Assembly: GCA_020719045.1 (NCBI GenBank)
Contig: DYQY01000001.1
Coordinates: 58,516 to 122,515, forward strand
Length of the DNA stretch: 64,000 bases
From: Candidatus Termititenax sp.
GTDB lineage: Bacteria > Margulisbacteria > Riflemargulisbacteria > GWF2-35-9 > DYQY01
Direction: 5' to 3'
Under the pieces are notes generated by a model, which worked only from the letters and a program-made list of their open reading frames with translations, did no database searches and was not told where the DNA came from. Of this stretch, positions 18,318 through 28,200 are shown piece by piece. Every line of letters begins with the position of its first letter. Position 1 is the stretch's first letter. Position numbers and translations under genes: made by a program.

Positions 18318-19604
18318 CTATTCTAAGAGTGTGTAAGCACGCTCATTATGCTGACTAACATCAAGACCAATAGCTTCTTCTTTTTCACTTACACGCATTC
18401 CAATTACTAAATCAACTACTTTATAAATAACTGCAGTTAGAATAAATGAATATACAATTGTAAATCCTACAGCAATCAACTGAACCTTAAGCTGGTCAGG
18501 ATTACCGAAAAAGAAACCTTTGTATGCACTCTGGATAACTGGTGTAGCAAATAAACCGGTAGCAATGGCTCCCCAAATACCACCAATACCATGAACTCCA
18601 AAAGCGTCTAACGCATCATCATATTTGAAAAAACCTTTAACAAATACTACGAACACATAACAAACTAAACTTACTACGGCGCCTATTATAAGTGCACCAG
18701 TAACGTCTACAAACCCAGCTGCAGGAGTAATAGCAACTAACCCAGCAACTGCACCTGTAGCAACACCAAACATAGTAGGCTTACGATGGAATAACCAATC
18801 TAATGCTCCCCAAGCCAAAGCAGCCATTGCTGCTGCAATGTGTGTAACAACAAAAGCACTTGCAGCAAGTCCATCAGCAGCAAGTCCACTGCCTGCATTA
18901 AATCCAAACCAACCAAACCATAGTAAAGCTGCACCAACCATTGTAAAAACTAGATTGTGTGGTGGAGCAATCTTTGAATCCTTGCGACGTCCTATCATAA
19001 TTGCTACAACTAATGCAGCAATACCAGCATTAACGTGAACAACTGTTCCTCCTGCGAAGTCTAATGCACCTAACTTGAATAACCATCCATCTGCTGACCA
19101 TACCATATGTGCAATTGGTGCATATACAAGTAGTGACCAAGCAATAGTAAATAGCACAAATGCTGAGAATTTCATTCTTTCAGCAAAAGCACCAATAATA
19201 AGAGCTGGTGTTATAACAGCAAACATACACTGAAAAATCATAAATACCAAATGTGGAATTCGTGCATTTGCTTGTGAAATATAGTATGGACTAACATCCA
19301 TTCCAACATTCTTTAAAAATGCCCAATCCAATCCACCAATAAATCCAGCCAAGGCACCATGTCCAGGACCAAAAGCTAAACTATATCCTACGGTCACCCA
19401 AATTACGCTAACAAGAGCTAGAGTAACCATTGATTGCATTAAAATACTTAAAATATTTTTACGCTTTACTAAGCCTCCATAAAAAAGTCCAAGACCTGGG
19501 GCAGTCATTAACAAAACCAGAGCAGCACACATTAACATCCAAGCTGTATTTCCAAAGTCTACATAAGGAGTAACAGCAGCAACAACCGTTTCCATAAAAA
19601 TCAC
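18318..19604 (-). CDS. amtB: Ammonium transporter
   Basis: [29 protein letters not shown] and [11 protein letters not shown]. Confidence 0.97.
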   Translation of the reverse strand: MIFMETVVAAVTPYVDFGNTAWMLMCAALVLLMTAPGLGLFYGGLVKRKNILSILMQSMVTLALVSVIWVTVGYSLAFGPGHGALAGFIGGLDWAFLKNVGMDVSPYYISQANARIPHLVFMIFQCMFAVITPALIIGAFAERMKFSAFVLFTIAWSLLVYAPIAHMVWSADGWLFKLGALDFAGGTVVHVNAGIAALVVAIMIGRRKDSKIAPPHNLVFTMVGAALLWFGWFGFNAGSGLAADGLAASAFVVTHIAAAMAALAWGALDWLFHRKPTMFGVATGAVAGLVAITPAAGFVDVTGALIIGAVVSLVCYVFVVFVKGFFKYDDALDAFGVHGIGGIWGAIATGLFATPVIQSAYKGFFFGNPDQLKVQLIAVGFTIVYSFILTAVIYKVVDLVIGMRVSEKEEAIGLDVSQHNERAYTLLE

Positions 19605-19717
19605 CTTCCTATTTTAAAACTTATAAACCTAACCTTTTAACTTACATTTTCTTATTTCCTAAAAACAACCAAAGACTCTCTCGTTAAATTGCTGACCTCC
19701 TTCCATCATTAATAGCT

Positions 19718-19746
19718 ATTCTAGCAAAACTATTTTATTACTTCAA
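19718..19746 (-). promoter_or_regulatory. Sigma70-like promoter of amtB-glnK
   Basis: TTGAAG-17-TAGAAT with extended -10 TG. Confidence 0.55.
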
Positions 19747-19887
19747 AACATAATGTCAAGCACATTTGTTACAATTATCGTATTATTTTTATATTTGTCC
19801 AAACAATCTATTAAAAAATGTACTTTTGTTTTGCAAAAAAATAAAATTATACGTAAAAGTAATTATTTTTATTTGATAACTTGTGTT

Positions 19888-19916
19888 TTTACAAAACTCT
19901 GGGTCTGTCTTATAAT
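19888..19916 (+). promoter_or_regulatory. Sigma70-like promoter of the pgk operon
   Basis: TTTACA-17-TATAAT. Confidence 0.65.
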
Positions 19917-19950
19917 GATTCAAGCTTTATATTTACTCAGGAGGACTATT

Positions 19951-21132
19951 ATGCAGAAACAAACAATTAAAGACATTAAATCGCTAAACGGAAAGAGAGT
20001 CCTGGTTAGATGTGACTTCAATGTTCCAGTAGATGGCGACAAAATTACAGACGATATTAGAATTGTTGAAGCATTACCTACCATTAAATTCCTTAAGGAT
20101 GCTGGCGCAAAAGTTATTCTATGCAGCCACTTCGGTAGACCAAAAGATGGTCCTGACCCTGTATTTTCTTTAGCGCCTGTTGCAAAGAATCTTACTAAGC
20201 ACCTTGGCCAAGAAGTTTCGTTAGCTCCTGATTGTATTGGTGAAGCTGTCGCTTCGTTAGTATCTAAAATGAACAATGGTGACGTTCTTTTACTTGAAAA
20301 TGTTCGTTTCTATAAAGAAGAAACCAAAAATGATCCTGAGTTCTCTAAAAAACTTGCTTCTGTTGCTGATATCTACGTAAACGATGCGTTTGGTTCTGCA
20401 CACAGAGCACATTCGTCCACAGAAGGTGTTACAAGGTACTTACCAGCATACGCAGGTTTCCTAATCGAAAAAGAATTAGAATATTTTGGCAAGGCTTTAA
20501 CAAATCCTAAAAGACCTTTTGTTGCAATTATCGGTGGAGCAAAGGTTTCTTCTAAGATTACAGTTCTAAAGCACCTACTAGATAAGGTAGACATGCTACT
20601 TATTGGTGGCGGGATGAGCTATACTTTCTTTAAAGCTCAAGGACACAGTGTTGGAAAATCAATCTGTGAACCAGACTTCATAGATACTGCTAAAGAAATT
20701 GTTGAATACGCTAAACAAAAGAAAGTAGCAATTCATTTTGCTGATGACATTGTGGTTGGTGATGACTATAGCGCCGATGCTAACTCACAAATCGTTCCCT
20801 TTGATGCAATACCTGATGGTTGGGAAGGTCTAGACATCGGACCAAAAACCATTAAAAAGTTTGAAGAAATAATCAAAACTGCAGGAACCGTTATTTGGAA
20901 CGGTCCTGTCGGCGTTTTTGAAATGGACAAATTCGCTGGTGGTACTAATGCAATTGCTAAAGCACTCGCGGCATCTCCTGCAATAACAATTATTGGCGGT
21001 GGCGACAGTGCTGCGGCTATCAAAAAGGTTGGCCTTGAAGACAAAATGGACCACATATCAACTGGTGGAGGGGCTTCTTTAGAACTACTTGAAGGCAAGG
21101 TTCTTCCTGGAATTGCAGCTCTTCTAGACTAA
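19951..21132 (+). CDS. pgk: Phosphoglycerate kinase
   Basis: [28 protein letters not shown] and STGGGASLE; start reassigned to ATG 19951 after SD aggagg. Confidence 0.97.
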   Translation: MQKQTIKDIKSLNGKRVLVRCDFNVPVDGDKITDDIRIVEALPTIKFLKDAGAKVILCSHFGRPKDGPDPVFSLAPVAKNLTKHLGQEVSLAPDCIGEAVASLVSKMNNGDVLLLENVRFYKEETKNDPEFSKKLASVADIYVNDAFGSAHRAHSSTEGVTRYLPAYAGFLIEKELEYFGKALTNPKRPFVAIIGGAKVSSKITVLKHLLDKVDMLLIGGGMSYTFFKAQGHSVGKSICEPDFIDTAKEIVEYAKQKKVAIHFADDIVVGDDYSADANSQIVPFDAIPDGWEGLDIGPKTIKKFEEIIKTAGTVIWNGPVGVFEMDKFAGGTNAIAKALAASPAITIIGGGDSAAAIKKVGLEDKMDHISTGGGASLELLEGKVLPGIAALLD

Positions 21133-21134
21133 TA

Positions 21135-21545
21135 ATGCCTTATTTATTCATTATACTATTAATGGCCGATCAGCTAACTAAGCTATCGGTCATTTTATTT
21201 GGTGCTAAAATCAACCTAACAATAATTCATAATACTGGCGTTGCATTTGGAATGCTCAGCCACAAATCTGCTCTTGTTATAATTCTGACAGCAACTATGC
21301 TAATAACCCTATATATTATGAAAAAAACTTTCTTTCTAAATAACGTTTGGCACGAAAAAGCAATATACTTCATCTTGGCTGGTGGAGCCGGTAACCTAAT
21401 TGATAGGCTTGTTTATGGACATGTAGTTGATTTTATTAAGGTTCCACTAATCCCGTATTTTAACCTTGCAGATCTTTTTATAAATATCGGTATGTTTTTA
21501 TATATTTTAGGTTTATTCAAGAAAAAATATGAACCTCGTTTATAA
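21135..21545 (+). CDS. lspA: Lipoprotein signal peptidase II
   Basis: NTGVAFG, GGAGNLIDR, VVDFI and FNLAD. Confidence 0.9.
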   Translation: MPYLFIILLMADQLTKLSVILFGAKINLTIIHNTGVAFGMLSHKSALVIILTATMLITLYIMKKTFFLNNVWHEKAIYFILAGGAGNLIDRLVYGHVVDFIKVPLIPYFNLADLFINIGMFLYILGLFKKKYEPRL

Positions 21546-22392
21546 CAATACAGAGCCTGCTCGTCTTGATGTTTGGTTAAGCGAACAAACTGGCAGAAGT
21601 CGCTCTTTTATAAAAACTTGTCACCAAAACGACCCAATAACTATTAATAACAAACCAATTAAACTTAGCCATTTGCTAAAAAATGGTGATTCTATTACGC
21701 TCTCTTTAGATGAAAAGCCTTTGGAGTACCAGCCGACAGAAATAAAGCTAGATATTATTTTCGAAGATGAACATTTGATAGTTATAAATAAACCTGTTGG
21801 CCTGACTGTTCACCCAGGCGCTGGCAACAAGGATAACACGCTTGTTAATGCCCTTCTGCACTATGGAAAAGAACTTTCAACTATTGGTGGTCTTGAAAGA
21901 CCAGGCATTGTACACAGACTAGATAAAGACACTTCTGGACTTATGGTTGTAGCTAAAACTAACCTAGCTCACGAAAAAATGGCTAAACTCTTTGAAACAA
22001 GAAACATAGAGAAAAAGTATCTTGCTCTCGTTCATGGCTATTTGCCACATGACAACGGCTCTATTGATGCACCCATCGGAAGAATGCCAAATAACTATAA
22101 AAAAATGCAAGTTAATTATGAAAATGGCAAACAATCATTAACAGATTATGTAGTAATTAAAGCCTCCAACGAAAAGTCTCTAGTAGAGCTAACTCTTCAC
22201 ACTGGCAGAACACATCAAATCAGGGTACATTTGGCGCATCTAGGCCATCCTGTTGTTGGAGATTCTGTTTATGGAAAAGCTGGAAAAGGCAAAACTCAGC
22301 TACTTCACTCCTATTCACTTAAGTTCAACCATCCTATTACTTCTGAGCCTCTTTTTTTCAAAACCGAGCTGCCAACCTGGGGCAAGTTCTAA
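21529..22392 (+). CDS. rluD: RluA/RluD family pseudouridine synthase
   Basis: RLDVWLS S4-like domain, HRLDKDTSG and TGRTHQIRVH. Confidence 0.9.
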   Translation: MNLVYNNTEPARLDVWLSEQTGRSRSFIKTCHQNDPITINNKPIKLSHLLKNGDSITLSLDEKPLEYQPTEIKLDIIFEDEHLIVINKPVGLTVHPGAGNKDNTLVNALLHYGKELSTIGGLERPGIVHRLDKDTSGLMVVAKTNLAHEKMAKLFETRNIEKKYLALVHGYLPHDNGSIDAPIGRMPNNYKKMQVNYENGKQSLTDYVVIKASNEKSLVELTLHTGRTHQIRVHLAHLGHPVVGDSVYGKAGKGKTQLLHSYSLKFNHPITSEPLFFKTELPTWGKF

Positions 22393-22410
22393 AAAACATC
22401 GAAAGAACTA

Positions 22411-22438
22411 TTGAAACTGTTGTATTTTTCCGTATAAT
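22411..22438 (+). promoter_or_regulatory. Sigma70-like promoter of the yggS-sepF-proC cluster
   Basis: TTGAAA-16-TATAAT. Confidence 0.55.
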
Positions 22439-22460
22439 ATAAGCATTGCAGGGGGAATGC

Positions 22461-23144
22461 ATGAAATTTTCAGAAAAAATCCGTGAAACTCGACGTGTTG
22501 TCGAGGACACGAAAACTGTTGACTCAATTCGCTTAATTGGCGTAACTAAATACCTTGACCTTAAAGGAACAGAAGAAGCTATACTTTCTGGCCTTACAGA
22601 TATTGGTGAAAACAGACTTCAATCTGCTGAAGAAAAGATAATAACCCTAAAACCAAAATACCCAAACATTTCTTGGCATTTCCTAGGAAGACTACAAACA
22701 AACAAAGCCAAAAAAATTATTCAACTATTCAACTACATCCACTCTATTGATTCCTTTGAAAAACTTGAACTTATTGATAACCTTTGTTTACAAGAAAACA
22801 AAGACATTAACCTGCTAATCCAATTGGATATCTCCGGTGAAGAAACCAAACAAGGAATGACAGAAGAAGAACTATTTGCAAACCTTGAGGCTATTAAGAA
22901 TTTGAAGAAAGCAAAATTTGTTGGATTAATGACAATGGCACCACTTATTCAAGACGAAAATATCTTAAGGGGGATATTTAAAAAAACAAAAGAAATAAAA
23001 AAGGAGTTGATAAAAAAAGGAATCAAGTGTCAAGAACTATCAATGGGAATGAGCAATGACTACATCATAGCGCTTCAGGAAGAAGCTACTATGCTACGGT
23101 TAGGAACCGTATTATTTTTACAGGAGGGAACCAATGAACGTTAA
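22461..23144 (+). CDS. yggS: PLP homeostasis protein YggS
   Basis: LIGVTK, GENRLQ, WHFLGRLQTNK, LSMGMSND and LRLGT. Confidence 0.93.
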   Translation: MKFSEKIRETRRVVEDTKTVDSIRLIGVTKYLDLKGTEEAILSGLTDIGENRLQSAEEKIITLKPKYPNISWHFLGRLQTNKAKKIIQLFNYIHSIDSFEKLELIDNLCLQENKDINLLIQLDISGEETKQGMTEEELFANLEAIKNLKKAKFVGLMTMAPLIQDENILRGIFKKTKEIKKELIKKGIKCQELSMGMSNDYIIALQEEATMLRLGTVLFLQEGTNER

Positions 23145-23583
23145 GCAAAATACAAAATTCTTTGAACAATGTAAACTTTTTTTAGGACTTGAGGATATGA
23201 CTGAAGTAAAGAAAAAGCAAACAGGAGGAAGTACAAAATCAACCAACGCACTAAGCTTAGCTTACTTTAAAAAATCATCATCAGAAATAAAAATTGTTTC
23301 ACCAAAATCATTTGCTGATGGAGCTCCTATTGTTGAATTTATAAAACAAGATATTCCAGTTATTATCAATCTTCAAAGCCTTAATACAATGCAAGTTGGT
23401 AGATTTATGGATTTTATTTCTGGCACAATTTGTTCACTAAATGGAACCTGCGTTAAGTTATCAGAAACTTTACTAATGATTTGCTCTGAAAGAACATCTA
23501 TTACTGAGGAAGATCTTAGAAAACCAATAGTTACAAACAATGCTAATGAAGAAATTATAATGAATATGATGACTGTAAACTAA
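23134..23583 (+). CDS. sepF: Cell division protein SepF
   Basis: PKSFADG..PVIINL..RFMDFISGTICSLNG; yggS-sepF-proC-yggT synteny. Confidence 0.85.
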   Translation: MNVKQNTKFFEQCKLFLGLEDMTEVKKKQTGGSTKSTNALSLAYFKKSSSEIKIVSPKSFADGAPIVEFIKQDIPVIINLQSLNTMQVGRFMDFISGTICSLNGTCVKLSETLLMICSERTSITEEDLRKPIVTNNANEEIIMNMMTVN

Positions 23584-23605
23584 TAAAGGATTTATAATAA
23601 GAATC

Positions 23606-24406
23606 ATGAAAAAATCTATTTGTTTTTTAGGTGCAGGCAACATGGGAGAAGCCTTAATTAAAGGTTGCTTATCATCTATGAATAAAAACGAGATTGGTTT
23701 TATAGAAACTAATGAACAAAAAACAAAATATATTTGTGATACTTATAAAATAAATAAACTAACGTCTTTTCAGGAAATAAATGACTACAAAACACTAATA
23801 ATAGCCATAAAACCACAAAGCGTACCTTCTGTAATTACGGAGCTAAGCTCTACAGTATCAACTGACATTATTATTGTATCTATTGCTGCTGGTATCACTA
23901 TTGGATACTATCAGAAACATTTTCCTTCCAATAAAATAATAAGAGTAATGCCAAACACGCCATGCTTAATAAATAAAGGAATCAGCGTAATCAGCCTAGA
24001 CGAAAATTGTTCCAAGTACGACGAATCATTAGTTGAAAAAATATTTCTTTCAACAGGAAAAGTTCTCTTCATGCCAGAAAGCAAAATTAATGCTGTTACT
24101 GCTATAAGTGGAAGCGGTCCAGCCTATTTCTACCATCTAGCAGATACCTATGCAAAAGAAGCCAGCAGTATCGGACTAGACTACGACGATGCACTGCAAC
24201 TAATAACAAATACAATGCTTGGTTCTGCTGAAATGATCTTACAATCAAATAAAAAAACTGACGAATTAATTGCACAAGTTCGCTCTCCAGGCGGCACTAC
24301 AGAAGAAGCGCTAAAGAAGCTTCAAATTAACGAACTATCTCAAATAATCAAAGAAAGCATAACTGCTGCCAATAATCGTGCTTCAGAATTAAGCTTAAAG
24401 GAGTAA
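23606..24406 (+). CDS. proC: Pyrroline-5-carboxylate reductase
   Basis: GAGNMG, RVMPNTP, AISGSGPAY and SPGGTT. Confidence 0.95.
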   Translation: MKKSICFLGAGNMGEALIKGCLSSMNKNEIGFIETNEQKTKYICDTYKINKLTSFQEINDYKTLIIAIKPQSVPSVITELSSTVSTDIIIVSIAAGITIGYYQKHFPSNKIIRVMPNTPCLINKGISVISLDENCSKYDESLVEKIFLSTGKVLFMPESKINAVTAISGSGPAYFYHLADTYAKEASSIGLDYDDALQLITNTMLGSAEMILQSNKKTDELIAQVRSPGGTTEEALKKLQINELSQIIKESITAANNRASELSLKE

Positions 24407-24408
24407 AA

Positions 24409-24666
24409 ATGCCAACCATAATCGAACTTATATCTTTCCTATTTGAAGCATACAAAATTCTACTAATTGTAAGGATTATGCTCTCTTGGGTGCCACATGA
24501 CAGCTCTCATTTTCTAGTAAATAAAATACACGAATTAACAGACCCATACTTAAACCTTTTCCGTTCCCTAAATCTAAATTTTGGTGGAATTGATCTCTCT
24601 CCAATTGTTGCTTTTTTTGTATTAAGTTTTGTTCAGAAAATACTAATTCACATTCTCTACTTTTAA
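24409..24666 (+). CDS. yggT: YggT family membrane protein
   Basis: RIMLSWVP..LTDPYL..GGIDLSPIV. Confidence 0.88.
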   Translation: MPTIIELISFLFEAYKILLIVRIMLSWVPHDSSHFLVNKIHELTDPYLNLFRSLNLNFGGIDLSPIVAFFVLSFVQKILIHILYF

Positions 24667-24667
24667 A

Positions 24668-24952
24668 ATGATTAACCTCTATCTTATTTTTAAAATTATC
24701 TATGTGTTACTGATTATTAGAGCTATTACTAACTATCTCAGACATAAACAACCAAGAAGAAATAGCCATATAAATATACTTACTATTGTTGAAGTAATTA
24801 CTAATCCACTATGTAAGCCATTTCAGCATATATTTTATTTTCAATATGACACATCTCCCATTATTGCCATTGCCTTTGTCCGTTACTTGGGTGAACCTTT
24901 TACGCACATGATTTATAATTTATGCATGAAACTAATACTACTCATACTATAG
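24668..24952 (+). CDS. Second, divergent YggT-like membrane protein
   Basis: ITNPLCKPFQ..DTSPIIA pattern. Confidence 0.6.
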   Translation: MINLYLIFKIIYVLLIIRAITNYLRHKQPRRNSHINILTIVEVITNPLCKPFQHIFYFQYDTSPIIAIAFVRYLGEPFTHMIYNLCMKLILLIL

Positions 24953-25191
24953 CCATAACTGTTATAACTAATGCTCAAAAGGAGTCTATCTCCGAATTTG
25001 GTGATAGATATAAAGTTAAAATTAATGCCATTCCAGAAAAAGGAAAAGCCAATGAAAGTATTATTAAATTATTAGCCAAAAGATTGAAAATTTCACAAAA
25101 AAATATCAAAATTATTAAAGGGGAGCTATCTAATAAAAAAACTATTGTAATCAGTAAATTTGCTGGTTCTATTTCTGAAATTTTGGACTAA
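24922..25191 (+). CDS. DUF167 (YggU) family protein
   Basis: AIPEKGKANESIIKLLA..IIKGELSNKK. Confidence 0.8.
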   Translation: MHETNTTHTIAITVITNAQKESISEFGDRYKVKINAIPEKGKANESIIKLLAKRLKISQKNIKIIKGELSNKKTIVISKFAGSISEILD

Positions 25192-25224
25192 TATTAATAG
25201 AGATGACTTAGTCATGAGGGGATA

Positions 25225-28200
25225 ATGTTTCAAAGGTATATTGCCTATCTATTATTAATCTTTTCTTGTTTGCTTTTTGGAGTATCAGATTCGTTTGTTG
25301 TCAGCCAAAATGATGACTTGAGTTCTGATGAACTACAAAATATTATATCGCTTATCCCAACCGAAAATCTGCAAGAAATATCCTTTCTCATTCCTTCAGA
25401 AAACCCTAATACAGACACTACAAACTTAAATATCTCAACCGAAAGTATCCCAACGCAAAACATTGAACCTCTTCTGCCACCACTACCACCGCCCAAAGTA
25501 ATCTTTACCAATGAACTATTCAAACCAAAAGAAATACAAAAAACTAATAGATTACTAGTCATTACTGATAATCGCTCATACCTTGAATCCAAAAAGAAAA
25601 AAGAGCCTAGTCCGGATGTAGACGATGAATGGAAAGACTTTAAATGGGAACAATGGGAAGAAGCTAAAGACCCGCTTGCTGCCTTCAAGTCTCCACCATA
25701 TGTTGACGGTTTCGGAGAAATAAAAGTTTACTCCTTACAAGTAAATGCAGACAACAAGAATAGAGCCTACGCGCTTAATGACGAAGTCTATAAGTTCTTA
25801 ACTTCAAAAGTTAAGGAGGTAGCATTCCAAATAGATTACAGATTTAATTTACTTATTCAAGCAAAAATAAGCGAAGAAGCAGAAGTCTACTATAATGTCT
25901 CGCAAGAACCAGACCTGCCTCAAAAAACAGATGTTTCCCTTAAAGTAAGACAAACCTGGGTAAGATTTGGATACACAGAAAAAAGATTTGTTGTCGGCTC
26001 TTTTACCGATGTAAGCAAAAAGATTGACGGTGTATCTGTTGAAGGTACAGAAGGTCCATTTACCTATAACTTTGCGTTTGGTTCTGAAAAAAGCAAGTCA
26101 GATGTTTTTACCAGACAAGGTAATGGTGGGGATGAGTACGAACTAAGAAATAAACCTGTATTAGAAAAATCTGTTCAGGTTTGGGTGAACGATAGACTTC
26201 AAACAATTAACAAAGACTATACTGTAAACTATTTTGAAGGAAAAGTAATTTTTGCTACCATTAAAACCTCTGCTGAAACCTTAAAATTCTCTTACCAATA
26301 CACCAACCCAATAGAAGAATTCATTCCCATTGCAAGTAACGTAAATTTAATAGGTATTAATGCAAAATATGATAACAAAAACAAACAAACTATAATAAAA
26401 AAACTAGGCTCATATACTGAAACTTTCGCTTCTTTACCAGCTGAAAACGAGATAAGGGTTTTTAGCTACCCTATAGAGCTTAACTCAGAAAAAATATATG
26501 CCAACAATACTGAGCTCCAAAAGAATGTTGATTATTATATCCAATATTCGTCCGGAGAAATTTTCTTCCATAACAAAAATATATCGAATATTAAAATCAG
26601 TTATATGTCCCCTGAAACAAAACTCCATCAAGAAAAACTACAAGGTAACGGAGAAAAAATAGCCTTCAACATAAAAAACACCCCTATCTTAAACAACAGT
26701 GAAGTTGTATCTCTTCAAGGAAATATCTTAGAAAAAAACAAAGATTACAAAATAGAAAACGAAAAAGGAATGCTTATTTTAAAGTACCCAATTGCCTCAA
26801 ACGAAACAGTTTCAATATCGTATCGCCAACTGCAATTCGAAACAAAAACCTTTAGCAGCGCAACTGACGCTGACTTTAACATAAACTTTGCCTACATAAG
26901 ACAATTTGCAAAGTCTCAAGACGATATTAACTCCAAGCTCACATCTGAAAGGATTACATCATCAACCAACTTTTCTTCAACTGTAACAATTAATCTCAAA
27001 AACTGGCCTATTGTAAATTCTTCAGTGTCTTTATTACTAAACAATTCTACAATTACAGCTGATTCGATTAGCCTTGACTACTACACTGGATTTATGACGA
27101 TAAATGCTTCTGCCCTAAACACTGCAACTGGCACCCTACAAATAAATTATTCATACTATAAAGAGTTTGGCCCACAACAATGGAACTTCTCTGGTTCTAG
27201 CAGGGAACTAGAAAACTATATTTTCTATAATAATAAAATTGGATATAGAATCAAATCAAACCTGCCTCACCCTATGAAATATGACCCAAACAGCCAATAT
27301 ATTAAAGTTGAACATAAAAACAACGCAAACATTTATAAAACGCTTAAAAGAGGCTATGACTATGATATTCTTTTTAATGTAGATTCCGTAAAAGAAGGCC
27401 AAGTCTACTTAATACTCTATCATAGCCACGGAGTTACGGTAGACTCTAGTTCAGAGCTTGTAAGTTATGGGCTACCTTCATCACTAGGCAATGATGACCT
27501 ATTTAAAATAACTTACTACTATACTAATTCTAATATTCCTGACTCAGGTGAAATAATCAACGAACAGTTTGCTGTTGTTTACAATCAACAATTTGATCAA
27601 AACTTTGGATATTCTGTTGAAGTTGCTCGTTCCCATAAAGAATACTCGAAATCCACCAAAACAACCACAGATGTTCTCGCTGGAACAGGTGAATTCAACA
27701 AAGCATACACTCTCTCAGCAACCAATATTGTTGAAAACTCAGAAGTAGTCTACTTAAATGAAAATGTGGCTATTAGAGATATTAACTACTATATAAACTA
27801 TAACACTGGTCAAATAACCTTTATCAATCTTAATCCAAGTGCAACAGACTATATTAGAATTGAATTTAGCTATTTTACCAAGAGTTCTGGCGGACAAGTC
27901 ACCAAATATGATGAAGCTGGTTCTGCTATTGGAATTAAGGCAAATTTGAAAAATACATTCCACGACACAAGTACCCAATTATTTTTTGTTGATGACAACT
28001 TCTCTCCAGTAGGAACATCACAGTACAGAAAAGGCTCTAATGTATTTATATTAGGCTCAAAAATGAGACCTTCAAAAGAATTAAACATTAATACAGAGCT
28101 CTTTACCAACAATCAAAAATCAACTTTTCAATCAATCTCCGCTGGAAGATATTTAGGCTATAGTGAAAATAAATATAAACTCGGTGCATCCTACGCACCA

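Noticed and set aside
19753-19950. 66-aa N-terminal extension of Pgk in the ORF track
   Set aside because: A promoter and SD lie inside it; the true start is ATG 19951
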